Origin: a virus
Lineage: Duplodnaviria > Caudoviricetes
Length of the DNA: 51,441 nt
Strand: one strand, 5' to 3'
IMG/VR virus record: IMGVR_UViG_3300022074_000068
Span: 1 to 51,441 of that record
Shown here: piece after piece, positions 28,695 through 37,192 of the stretch
Layout of the letters: each line of letters starts with the position of its first letter
How positions within the stretch are numbered: the first letter of the stretch is position 1
Program-made: the position numbers and the translations under genes
Notes under the pieces: generated by a model
What the model saw: the letters and a program-made list of their open reading frames with translations, nothing else
Databases searched by the model: none
What the model was told of the DNA's origin: nothing

Positions 28695-29584
28695 TACAGT
28701 GACTTCCTCTTCAATCTAGAATACCAAACTTGAGGTGGCTGTTTAGCTTTCGATGTTATCTTATCGTGTACTACTGCATCTTTCCAACAGTGTGCTTTGT
28801 ATCCACACATAGTACACGGTTTAGGTAGCAATTTGTTTCCTGTCCTGATTTCTTGACCATCTTGTTTGTACACCTCAAATACATCTTTGAATGGTACTTT
28901 GAACTCAAGTGATTCATCTGTCAATACTTTAATTCGTTCTTTGGCATCTGCCATATATTCTTTTCTATCGTTTGCTTGCCAATCAGGTGCTTCAACTACA
29001 GCTACTTCACCACTTGATTTGTTTATCACAATCCAACCACCAAACGGTAATCCTGTTGCTTCTCCATACAGATGCCCTTGCATGATGTAGCCAAATGGGT
29101 CATCCTCTTTTATTTTTTCGTATCCACCGTAACCTGTATACTTAAACTTGTATGCCCACTCACTTGCAGACTTTATATCCCAAACCTTATCTTGTCCAAA
29201 CTCATCACGTATAATCAAATCTAACGTGCCACTTACATCTGTACCATCTATGTTTAGACTGACGGCTTTCTGTTTGTCTATGATATCAACACCTGCCTGT
29301 TCTAACACAAGCACGGCTATTGCTTCTACAATATCACCAAACAAAAACCTGAATAACATATTGTATTGTATCTCTTGTTGTATGCCTTTCTTCTCAAGAA
29401 GTTGTTGACACACAGGTCTACCAAGACCTGACATTCTAATCTTGTAATGTCTTTCTTTATTTAACTGTTTACTGACAGCTTCTTCGCAAGACTTAGTAAA
29501 GTCTAAAACGGCTTCAGGGGGAAGGTCAACTTCCCCCCTACTTGCACGTTCCATATAGTCTTGTATTTTAAACAGGAGTAGCAT
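28694..29584 (-). CDS. Cas4/AddB-like PD-(D/E)xK exonuclease with probable Fe-S cluster
   Basis: RMSGLGRPVC, GTLD, DIKSAS, Q..LY, and C-terminal CTMCGYKAHC (1+3 Cys arrangement). Confidence 0.8.
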   Translation of the reverse strand: MLLLFKIQDYMERASRGEVDLPPEAVLDFTKSCEEAVSKQLNKERHYKIRMSGLGRPVCQQLLEKKGIQQEIQYNMLFRFLFGDIVEAIAVLVLEQAGVDIIDKQKAVSLNIDGTDVSGTLDLIIRDEFGQDKVWDIKSASEWAYKFKYTGYGGYEKIKEDDPFGYIMQGHLYGEATGLPFGGWIVINKSSGEVAVVEAPDWQANDRKEYMADAKERIKVLTDESLEFKVPFKDVFEVYKQDGQEIRTGNKLLPKPCTMCGYKAHCWKDAVVHDKITSKAKQPPQVWYSRLKRKSL

Positions 29585-30422
29585 TGAAATCGTCTGCCAA
29601 GCTTTCTTCTCCGACCACTACCTGTAGCTTTGCAGATTCTCTGTTCTGCTCTAACACATACTGATTGGCTGCCTTGACTGTATCGGCAAACTTTTTCATT
29701 AACTCCTTATCTTCTGTAGATATATCAGTTTCACTTTGAAGAGTTGGAACAGGTGTCCAATAGGTAACCGATCCCTTCTTCTGTCTAGCCGTAGCCATAT
29801 TGATCCAACATTTCTGCATAATCTTTTTCTGTTTGGTTAGGCTTTCAATAAAATTCTTCATGGGTACAAACCCTGACTTCTTGAAGTAAGCTACAACAGG
29901 ATGTCTATCTATAGCCACTTTGTCTTTATTACCTTTGACGAAATCGCCTGAGATAATACAGTACAACACTTGGTTACAGACTGCCAATCGTGATCTTAAC
30001 TTGACTGGATCATCATCTTTGAGTTGCTCTTCTTCTGCTACAGATAAACGACCACATTTGTTGCCACCCTCTGTATCAGGAAAGTCACCTGACATGGTTG
30101 GTTTCTGTACAGACTTACAAGAAAACGTTCCTTGCTCCTGATCAAACACACTCCATTCATAGGTTCGTAGTATTGGTCTAATTTTAACTGTCTTGGCGTA
30201 GACCATTTCGCCCTCGTACATCATTTTCCAATCGCCACGAGTTAGGGAGACACCATCTTCGGTTTCCATATCGTAGTTGATGTTTAATCTTGAGAGTCCT
30301 TGACTTGATTTTTGTGAAGGTGTTTGACCTGTCAATGCCATCAAAGATTCTATGTCGTCAGTACTAAAAGAATTAACAATGTTATCAATTTCAGTACTCA
30401 TACTAGTTTGTAAGTTTTCCAA
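29568..30422 (-). CDS. putative single-stranded DNA-binding / recombination protein
   Basis: TTG start with AAAGGA RBS; between polymerase and exonuclease; acidic C-terminus. Confidence 0.55.
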   Translation of the reverse strand: MENLQTSMSTEIDNIVNSFSTDDIESLMALTGQTPSQKSSQGLSRLNINYDMETEDGVSLTRGDWKMMYEGEMVYAKTVKIRPILRTYEWSVFDQEQGTFSCKSVQKPTMSGDFPDTEGGNKCGRLSVAEEEQLKDDDPVKLRSRLAVCNQVLYCIISGDFVKGNKDKVAIDRHPVVAYFKKSGFVPMKNFIESLTKQKKIMQKCWINMATARQKKGSVTYWTPVPTLQSETDISTEDKELMKKFADTVKAANQYVLEQNRESAKLQVVVGEESLADDFNATPV

Positions 30423-30467
30423 TTTAAATATCCTTTTCTATTTATTTAAGGTTAACGTAATCAGAGG

Positions 30468-31997
30468 TTACAGATCTACTTCAGATAAGTCAAGCCAATT
30501 CTTTCCTATTTTTAATTCGATGCCTACAGGCATATCGTATTCTATGCCATACCTACGTTTCGTCTCACTTGGCAAACACAACATTGCTTCAGATAATACA
30601 TCAATACACTGTTGCTTTTCATTCGGATGAACATCAAGAACAATAGAATCGTGTACTGTGTTGCAAATAACCGACTGCATTTTTAGTTCTCTCATCTGTC
30701 TATCTAGCTCCACCAACGCAATAGGCAATAGATCAGCCGTAGCGAACCCCTGAACAGGGTAATTACAAATAGCAGTACGATTGGTAGCTGTACCCCATTC
30801 TGTCCATCTAGCGTCAGGAAAACAGTATTCTCTTCCTGACGGTAATTTTATAATTTTTGTAGTCACAGCCTGCTTCTCAAGTTCTTTGTGCCACTCACTT
30901 ACCTGTTCATACTTCTCTTTAAATCTTCTGTAGTACGCTTGCTGACTTTGTGTACCACTGACACCACCGTACAATGGTTTGAATGTGTGTGCTTTTGCTT
31001 CCTGTCTAGAGCAGCCGATGATAGATGCAGTATAGCTGTGAACATCTGTGCCTTTCTTTACATCATCATATACCTGATTATCTTTAGAAAGAAAGCCTGC
31101 CACCCTGAACTCCAACTGTGAGTAATCACCCTCAAGTATGAAGCCATCATCAAATCTACTTTCGACAACCTTACGTATGGCAAACGTAGAACCACGTGGC
31201 ATGTTTTGAAAGTTAGGATTACGACTAGACAACCTACCTGTTGCTGTTACACATTGCATAAACTCAGGATGAATAAAATTGTAGTCATCCACATTGTTTT
31301 TCATACCCTCTACAAAGGTAGACAGATAGGTACGCAAAGCATTGTATCGAACATAAGCTTCACAAAACTCACGTGCATCACCACTTAGTTCAGATAGCCT
31401 ATCTTCTAGGGTTACCTTGTCTGTCTTGAAACCTGCTGATGCTGTATCTCTTGGTGTACGAGGTATGATTTTAAAACCTGCTACCTCGCCTGTAGATGTA
31501 TAGACTACACCTTTACCCTCACAAACTTTACATATTCGTTTAGCTTTACCAACACTACCGTCTTTCTTGAGAGGTGTTATCCTACCTGATCCACGACAAG
31601 TTTCACATTGACGACCGATTGTTTTGTAAACTATGTCAGTCATACGCCTGACGTACTGTACAAAGTCTTTGTTCTTCATACGTGTACGCATCTTAGGTTT
31701 GATTGTATTGCCACGCATCTCATGTCCAAGATTAAATGTAAGCGACCAAAGAGATTTGTCTTTTACTTTTCGTGAGTAAAGCAACACACTCTTGTCATCA
31801 GGACTTGCAAGATTGATAGGAGTATCTCCCATTGCGTTCTTGGCTAGTCTGTTCAGCTTAGTTTCCAACATGGTCATCTCATCCATGTACTGCTTTTCAA
31901 TATCTTCTAAGGTATCTGTGTTTATCTTTAGTCCGTTGTGTTCTATCCTAGATAGCGTGTTCGTCATCTCGAACGACAGTTTCAGTGTTTGTTTCAT
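30468..31997 (-). CDS. polA: DNA polymerase family A, polymerase subunit with DnaJ-like zinc-finger insert
   Basis: TATGRLSSRNPNFQNMPR, motif A DYSQLEFR, motif B RQEAKAHTFKPLYG, NYPVQG, motif C VHDS; CETCRGSG...CKVCEGKG insert. Confidence 0.92.
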   Translation of the reverse strand: MKQTLKLSFEMTNTLSRIEHNGLKINTDTLEDIEKQYMDEMTMLETKLNRLAKNAMGDTPINLASPDDKSVLLYSRKVKDKSLWSLTFNLGHEMRGNTIKPKMRTRMKNKDFVQYVRRMTDIVYKTIGRQCETCRGSGRITPLKKDGSVGKAKRICKVCEGKGVVYTSTGEVAGFKIIPRTPRDTASAGFKTDKVTLEDRLSELSGDAREFCEAYVRYNALRTYLSTFVEGMKNNVDDYNFIHPEFMQCVTATGRLSSRNPNFQNMPRGSTFAIRKVVESRFDDGFILEGDYSQLEFRVAGFLSKDNQVYDDVKKGTDVHSYTASIIGCSRQEAKAHTFKPLYGGVSGTQSQQAYYRRFKEKYEQVSEWHKELEKQAVTTKIIKLPSGREYCFPDARWTEWGTATNRTAICNYPVQGFATADLLPIALVELDRQMRELKMQSVICNTVHDSIVLDVHPNEKQQCIDVLSEAMLCLPSETKRRYGIEYDMPVGIELKIGKNWLDLSEVDL

Positions 31998-32544
31998 ATA
32001 ATTCCTCGAATGTTAAGCCAAAGGCTTCTAGTTGTTTTAATGCAACCTGTTCAGTTGCGACTACATCGGCAATGCCGTATTCTTCTACTATCTCTGCAGG
32101 TATGTCATAGAATGTCTTACCATCTTTGAGATACGGTTTAACCAAGTCTACTTCTTTTTGAGTAACATCGTATCGTTTTGCAAGAGACTCAAGTGATAAA
32201 GACCAACGCCTACCTTTTGATCTTAGGTATTCTGCTACCATAGTATCATACAGAACACCATCAAAAGTAAAACCACATGATCGCAGCCATGTTATGTCAA
32301 ACTTTATATTTTGTCCAACAAGAACATCTGCTCTGTCTAAATCTTTTTGTATCAAGTTTACAATATCTGACTCATAATTGTACTCGTTGTCTTTGTGATA
32401 GAAAAACTTGTAGTTAACGTGATCGTTTAACAACCACTTCCAACCCACTGATACTAATCGGTTATTGAAGTAGGGTAGTGCAGTAGTGCCACCCCCCTCT
32501 TTGTCTTGGTGTGTAGTTTCTACATCTAAAGTTAACACGTTCAT
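31948..32544 (-). CDS. 3'-5' proofreading exonuclease, separately encoded PolA N-terminal domain
   Basis: ExoI LDVET, ExoII GQNIKFD, YDTM, ExoIII YGIAD; start moved to ATG 32544 (TAATG overlap with helicase stop). Confidence 0.88.
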   Translation of the reverse strand: MNVLTLDVETTHQDKEGGGTTALPYFNNRLVSVGWKWLLNDHVNYKFFYHKDNEYNYESDIVNLIQKDLDRADVLVGQNIKFDITWLRSCGFTFDGVLYDTMVAEYLRSKGRRWSLSLESLAKRYDVTQKEVDLVKPYLKDGKTFYDIPAEIVEEYGIADVVATEQVALKQLEAFGLTFEELYETNTETVVRDDEHAI

Positions 32545-33770
32545 TAATAATATATCCCCCTTGAAATATCTATTTGAGCATTGATCATACCATGCCACCC
32601 ATTGATCTTGTTCTTAGATATACAGATGTGTCGCACTATGTTATCTATCTCACTTGATCCTGTCTTGCCTATACCTATAATGATGTCAGCTTCACCTGCC
32701 TTACCTGTCTTGGAATTGTCAAGCATAGCATAGTCAATAAACTGTCTGTCGTGTGCATCGTAACTTGCTTGGCTTACTGCCCACACAAGACACAGATTTC
32801 GTTTAGCTATCTCTCTTGCAGACACATAAGTTTCCTTCAAACGTTCATCTCCACGATTGTACTCACCACGTATTCTAAATTTGTCTAGCTGATCACAAAA
32901 CATGACATCAGGTTTGTTCAGCTTGGCATACTCATCTACCTCTTCTACAGATGTACCTACCGAATCCATAATAGTCAGATACGGTTCTATCTCTGTCTTG
33001 TATCTATCAAGGAGACTAAACCTCTGTGCTACCATATCTTCCTTTGTCAGTTCAAAGTATGATTGAATGATACGTAACTTGATTCGCTTGGCAGGTTCTT
33101 CGTTTGCCCAATACACAACCTGAAACCCTTGACGTATGTACGATGATGCAAGAAAGCAACAGAACGTTGTCTTACCCACTTCAGGTCTTGCAAACAAGAT
33201 ACCTAAGTTGCCACGATCTAAACCTTTGATGTTCTCATTTATTAAGTTGAATGTGAATGGGAAATCATTGTCACCTGCTTCTTCAGATAACAGTTCGTTC
33301 AGATCTTTGTCAACAATGGTGTAGGTGGTCTTGTCACCTATCCTGCCATCATCTACACTTTCGATGAGTTTCTTTAACTCACCAAACTCATCACTGTCAC
33401 CAGTGAATATGTCTAATGCTTTCTCTCCTATCTGCCTTGCTTTGTCTCGCAGCCACAGGTTATTTACAATGTCAGTGTGTAACTCATCGCTTTCTTTTGG
33501 TGCAACGAGTTGTACAATCATATCCTGTACACGATTCCTAGCTGAATCAGGCATGGCAGGATTACGGTCATTAAATATTGTGGACAGTTCAGGAACAGAC
33601 AGACTACGGTCATACTTGGTATGTGAATAGACTATCGTATCAAATATATCTTTGAGTTCATTGTCGAACATAGTCCGATCAATTTTATTTTTTACTTTAT
33701 TGAAGAAATCAATATTGAGACAAAAACCTATTACTTGTCTGTCAATTGATATAACGCCTGATGAAGTCAT
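32544..33770 (-). CDS. DnaB/T7 gp4-like replicative helicase
   Basis: Walker A ARPEVGKT, NEE, DQLDK, VSQA, KAGEAD, SKNK. Confidence 0.9.
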   Translation of the reverse strand: MTSSGVISIDRQVIGFCLNIDFFNKVKNKIDRTMFDNELKDIFDTIVYSHTKYDRSLSVPELSTIFNDRNPAMPDSARNRVQDMIVQLVAPKESDELHTDIVNNLWLRDKARQIGEKALDIFTGDSDEFGELKKLIESVDDGRIGDKTTYTIVDKDLNELLSEEAGDNDFPFTFNLINENIKGLDRGNLGILFARPEVGKTTFCCFLASSYIRQGFQVVYWANEEPAKRIKLRIIQSYFELTKEDMVAQRFSLLDRYKTEIEPYLTIMDSVGTSVEEVDEYAKLNKPDVMFCDQLDKFRIRGEYNRGDERLKETYVSAREIAKRNLCLVWAVSQASYDAHDRQFIDYAMLDNSKTGKAGEADIIIGIGKTGSSEIDNIVRHICISKNKINGWHGMINAQIDISRGIYY

Positions 33771-34524
33771 TTCTTTCCCCTTTTTCCATATCTTTTAAAT
33801 CCTTGTTCAAAACAATTAACTTAGTTGGAACATAGTTCCGTAACTTTCTTATCATCATGTATGCCTTAGACGTTGCATCTTTGTCAAGAGCTACATAAAC
33901 TTTCTTGAATTTTTTTATCACGTTGATGTGTTCATCTAACAATGTCGTACCCATCAATCCTATTCCTGATGCAATGTTACTAACACAGCAAGCACTAGGA
34001 CAATCTTCGACAATAATTCCACAAAATCCGTTTCCAGATAAAAAAGGATATCTGCTATTTCCATATCTTCTCCATTTTGGTTTACTTCCATTCAAACTTC
34101 TACCTGTACCATCTATTGTCTTTCCATCTTTCTTGACTAGGTACACTACTCTATCTTGTTGAAAGTCATATCGTATGTCAGCCAATCCATTTAGGTAAGC
34201 ATCGTACGATCCTACTTTCTTTACATACGCTTCTGCTTCTTTACTTCGTGAAAGCGAAACAAACGTATCAGGAATAACAAACTCTGTATCATCTACTTTC
34301 TTTTCAACACGTTCTTTAAATGCAACCTTTGAGTTCTCTTTAGTGAGTTGCACTCCTGTAGATCCCTTAGTGTGACAGTCAGCATGAAAGCAATACCATA
34401 GTCTTTCAAATCCTGTATCAGTTACACTAAAGGTGTTACTCCTATGACAAACAGGGCAATCACCCCTAAAACGCCCATAAGATACAACATGTAAATTTCC
34501 CACATAATTCTTTATCCATTCCAT
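33742..34524 (-). CDS. DNA primase (zinc finger plus TOPRIM)
   Basis: CPVC...CFHADC zinc finger; IIVED and ALDKDA TOPRIM motifs; start moved to ATG 34524. Confidence 0.85.
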   Translation of the reverse strand: MEWIKNYVGNLHVVSYGRFRGDCPVCHRSNTFSVTDTGFERLWYCFHADCHTKGSTGVQLTKENSKVAFKERVEKKVDDTEFVIPDTFVSLSRSKEAEAYVKKVGSYDAYLNGLADIRYDFQQDRVVYLVKKDGKTIDGTGRSLNGSKPKWRRYGNSRYPFLSGNGFCGIIVEDCPSACCVSNIASGIGLMGTTLLDEHINVIKKFKKVYVALDKDATSKAYMMIRKLRNYVPTKLIVLNKDLKDMEKGERNDFIRRYIN

Positions 34525-34531
34525 TTCCAAA

Positions 34532-34602
34532 CCATTACTACGCAATAAACTTTATGTCAAATAAAAAAATAATTTGACGTAATTTTAAATACGTGGTATG
34601 TG
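34532..34602. promoter_or_regulatory. divergent sigma70-like promoter pair
   Basis: Minus strand: TTGACA (34560-34555)-17-TAATGG; plus strand: TTGACG (34574-34579)-17-TATGTG; located at the strand switch. Confidence 0.6.
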
Positions 34603-34630
34603 TGTGAAACCCTTTGGGAGAACACACACT

Positions 34631-34897
34631 ATGACACATTCAGTAACTAAAACGAAACAAAAATACGTACTTAAAAGCTACGTAGATGAGGAAGGATTTG
34701 ATGCAGACGGCATAGGCGACTATACGTATGTCGCTGAAAGATACCAAAGCTTCGATTCAAAAGAAGAGATACTATCCTATCTACAAAAGAACATTAGATA
34801 TGACTACAAAAATGTCAAACCTAATTTTAGTACAATAAAAGAATATTGTGATACATTTGAATTTGAATTGTTTGAAAGGGCAGAAAAGTATGACTAG
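34631..34897 (+). CDS. hypothetical protein
   Basis: Start moved to ATG 34631 (GGGAG RBS). Confidence 0.65.
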   Translation: MTHSVTKTKQKYVLKSYVDEEGFDADGIGDYTYVAERYQSFDSKEEILSYLQKNIRYDYKNVKPNFSTIKEYCDTFEFELFERAEKYD

Positions 34898-35117
34898 ACC
34901 AAACAAGATATTTCAAGATACAACATCTTACAATTTAAAGATAGAAAAAAAAGATTACGAAGAACTAAAAAAGTACTCGACAAAAGAATCGGATACGTTT
35001 AACATGCAAGTAAGCATTGCAGATTTAATTCGTACATCTGTAAAATTATATTTAGAGGATTTACGTAAGCTATATGGAAAAGAAACAAACAAAGACAAGT
35101 GTGCAACAGAGAAGTGA
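34890..35117 (+). CDS. ribbon-helix-helix (CopG/Arc-like) DNA-binding protein
   Basis: Beta strand YNLKI, helix KKDYEELKKYS, then SIADLIRTSVKLYL; start moved to ATG 34890. Confidence 0.6.
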   Translation: MTRPNKIFQDTTSYNLKIEKKDYEELKKYSTKESDTFNMQVSIADLIRTSVKLYLEDLRKLYGKETNKDKCATEK

Positions 35118-35346
35118 CGGTATGTGGATTGTCGATGCAAAGTTGTCAGCAGTACGTATAGGATTACAAGACAAGGAATTTGTCAAACGTGGACACAATA
35201 CAGATTACAGATTATGGGTAACCTGTTTTGTAGCCAAGACAAAAAATGCTTGTGTTGATTGGCTAAGAGACAATATGGCTATGCTAGATAAGCGAAGTCA
35301 GAAGTACTCTGTTAATGTCAGGCAACATAAGGAAAGCACTAACTAA
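35074..35346 (+). CDS. hypothetical protein
   Basis: 90 aa, overlapping the upstream gene. Confidence 0.6.
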   Translation: MEKKQTKTSVQQRSDGMWIVDAKLSAVRIGLQDKEFVKRGHNTDYRLWVTCFVAKTKNACVDWLRDNMAMLDKRSQKYSVNVRQHKESTN

Positions 35347-35438
35347 CTTTTCCTTTCATAAGTTGGTGCTTTCAAGCTCATAATTTCTCCTTACGTTGAA
35401 GAGGGGAGCAACCCAAAAAGTTGCTCCTCTTTTTTTTT
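35332..35438 (+). ncRNA. candidate small regulatory RNA / structured 3' UTR with anti-Shine-Dalgarno loop
   Basis: 13-bp stem (35332-35344 with 35361-35373, one U-G pair) around loop AACUUUUCCUUUCAUA; second pyrimidine tract UUUCUCCUU; ends at a terminator. Confidence 0.5.
35399..35438 (+). terminator. intrinsic terminator
   Basis: AGAGGGGAGCAAC-CCAAAAA-GTTGCTCCTCT followed by a T run. Confidence 0.85.
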
Positions 35439-35439
35439 G

Positions 35440-35469
35440 TTGACAAGTGTTTTTAGTTAGTTGTATAAG
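35440..35469 (+). promoter_or_regulatory. sigma70-like early promoter
   Basis: TTGACA-18-TATAAG directly after the terminator. Confidence 0.6.
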
Positions 35470-35504
35470 TTTCCCTGACACTAATTTAATCGAAAGGAAA
35501 TATC

Positions 35505-35738
35505 ATGTCAAAGAAAACAGAATGGGAAATAGAGAGAGATAAGCAAGTCGCTTTACGAACAAAGGCTATGAAGTCTCTTACTCCTGAACAATTACAGACA
35601 CTTGAAAAAGTTCACATAACATTAGATACAGTTTTGCATAACATAAGAGAGATAGACGATATCTATTTGACAGATATAAAAGAGTTAGATATTTGTATGT
35701 GGCAATTAAAGAATCAATTTAATTTGGGGAAAGACTAA
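35505..35738 (+). CDS. hypothetical protein
   Basis: GAAAGGAAA RBS; 77 aa. Confidence 0.75.
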   Translation: MSKKTEWEIERDKQVALRTKAMKSLTPEQLQTLEKVHITLDTVLHNIREIDDIYLTDIKELDICMWQLKNQFNLGKD

Positions 35739-35908
35739 TGGCTAAATCACAAGAATACAAATTAGGTTGGAGATACATAGTTTGGGTTGGTGGTTGTGAT
35801 GACTATTACAAAAGTCGTAAAGATGCACAACACGCTTATGATGGTTGGATTGCACAAGGTTATACAGATGTACAGATAGAAAGGATAGAGAAAGATGAAT
35901 TGGCTTAA
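35738..35908 (+). CDS. 56-aa hypothetical protein
   Basis: MAKSQEYKLGWRYIVWVGGCDDYY...W...GY.DV.IE; TAATG coupling; not in the ORF track. Confidence 0.7.
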   Translation: MAKSQEYKLGWRYIVWVGGCDDYYKSRKDAQHAYDGWIAQGYTDVQIERIEKDELA

Positions 35909-37028
35909 TTTATGTAGTGGTGGCGAGATAGGTCGTCAGTCTGTAAAAGAGTTGGGGTTACCTGTAACTAATTGGCTTAGTTCGGAGATAGATAAGTTTG
36001 CTATCAAAGTAGCTCAAGATAATCATGATGACATAACTCATTTAGGCGACATAAAAAATCTAGTGAAGTGTTTGGATTGGAACAAATTTCCTAAAATAGA
36101 TGTTATTCTATGTGGATCACCTTGTCAGGGATTTTCTGTGGCAGGCAAAGGGTTAAACTTTGAACACCCTCAATCGAAGTTGTTCTTTGATTTTGTCAAG
36201 ATATATAAATACCACTACAATCGTAATCCAAAATTAAAATTGTTATTTGAAAATGTACGTATGAAAAAAGAATGGCAAGACATTATCCTAAATACATTAC
36301 AAGAGATCAATCCTAATTTAAAACTTTATATGATCAATTCATCTATTGTATCTGCACAGAACAGACTACGTATGTACATAACAGATTTTGAGTTCGACAT
36401 ACCTGAAGATAGAAATGTCAAACTTCGTGACATAATAGAGTGTGGTTGTGTAGATAGGGAAAAGTCTTATTGTTTAGATGCAAACTATTGGAAAGGTGGT
36501 AACTTAAAAATGTATTTTGAGAAGTCACGCAGACAGTTGGTATTTGGAGATGGTTGCAAACAGGTTGGGATAGCTGATCTGAATGGACATGACATACTAA
36601 AGCGTGTCTATTCTGTAGAGGGTAAAGCTCCTACGCTGAACAGTTGTAATGGTGGCAATCGTGAACCTAAGATACTTTGTAATTCTGCATCAATCACAGG
36701 TCGTAGACTAGACAGACAAGGTATACGTAAGGATAACGATCTAACTGTTCCAATTACCCAAACCTTAGAAGTATCTGATTCAGGTAAGTCACGGTGCTTA
36801 TCTACATTGACTAAAGATACAGTTGTGTCGCCTTTGCCAAAAGGTAGGTATCCTGATGCTTATGGAGAAAATGCTTTACATTGGAGAAAGTTGACTGTAA
36901 AGGAATGTTGTAGGTTGCAAACGTTACCTGATGATTACTGTAAGTCAGTTAGTAATAGTCAAGGCTACAAGATACTTGGGAACGGTTGGACTAACGAAGT
37001 CATTAAGTTTATTTTGAAAGGAAAATAG
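35895..37028 (+). CDS. C5 cytosine DNA methyltransferase
   Basis: SEIDK, GDI, GSPCQGFS (catalytic PC), FENV, AQNR.R, RKLT..EC.RLQ, LGNGW. Confidence 0.92.
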   Translation: MNWLNLCSGGEIGRQSVKELGLPVTNWLSSEIDKFAIKVAQDNHDDITHLGDIKNLVKCLDWNKFPKIDVILCGSPCQGFSVAGKGLNFEHPQSKLFFDFVKIYKYHYNRNPKLKLLFENVRMKKEWQDIILNTLQEINPNLKLYMINSSIVSAQNRLRMYITDFEFDIPEDRNVKLRDIIECGCVDREKSYCLDANYWKGGNLKMYFEKSRRQLVFGDGCKQVGIADLNGHDILKRVYSVEGKAPTLNSCNGGNREPKILCNSASITGRRLDRQGIRKDNDLTVPITQTLEVSDSGKSRCLSTLTKDTVVSPLPKGRYPDAYGENALHWRKLTVKECCRLQTLPDDYCKSVSNSQGYKILGNGWTNEVIKFILKGK

Positions 37029-37029
37029 T

Positions 37030-37182
37030 ATGACAGATAAAAAGAAAGATACAAAAAAGTATCACGATTGGGTGTACATGGCAGATGATCAAATAAACCA
37101 TGTATTAAAGTATGTTATCATTTTAGTATTTGCTTGTGGTGGTATAGCTATTATAAGTGATTTAATTAAACGATTTATATAG
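37030..37182 (+). CDS. 50-aa single-TM membrane protein
   Basis: TGAAAGGAAAA RBS; hydrophobic YVIILVFACGGIAII; not in the ORF track. Confidence 0.65.
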   Translation: MTDKKKDTKKYHDWVYMADDQINHVLKYVIILVFACGGIAIISDLIKRFI

Positions 37183-37192
37183 GGGAAAGTTA

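Noticed and set aside
28694-29584. Cas4-like gene as a sign of CRISPR-Cas
   Set aside because: A stand-alone replication-module nuclease common in phages; no array or other cas genes.
31948-31997. Programmed ribosomal frameshift joining exonuclease and polymerase
   Set aside because: No X-XXY-YYZ slippery site seen in the overlap, and the independent RBS plus ATG explains it more simply; not fully excluded.
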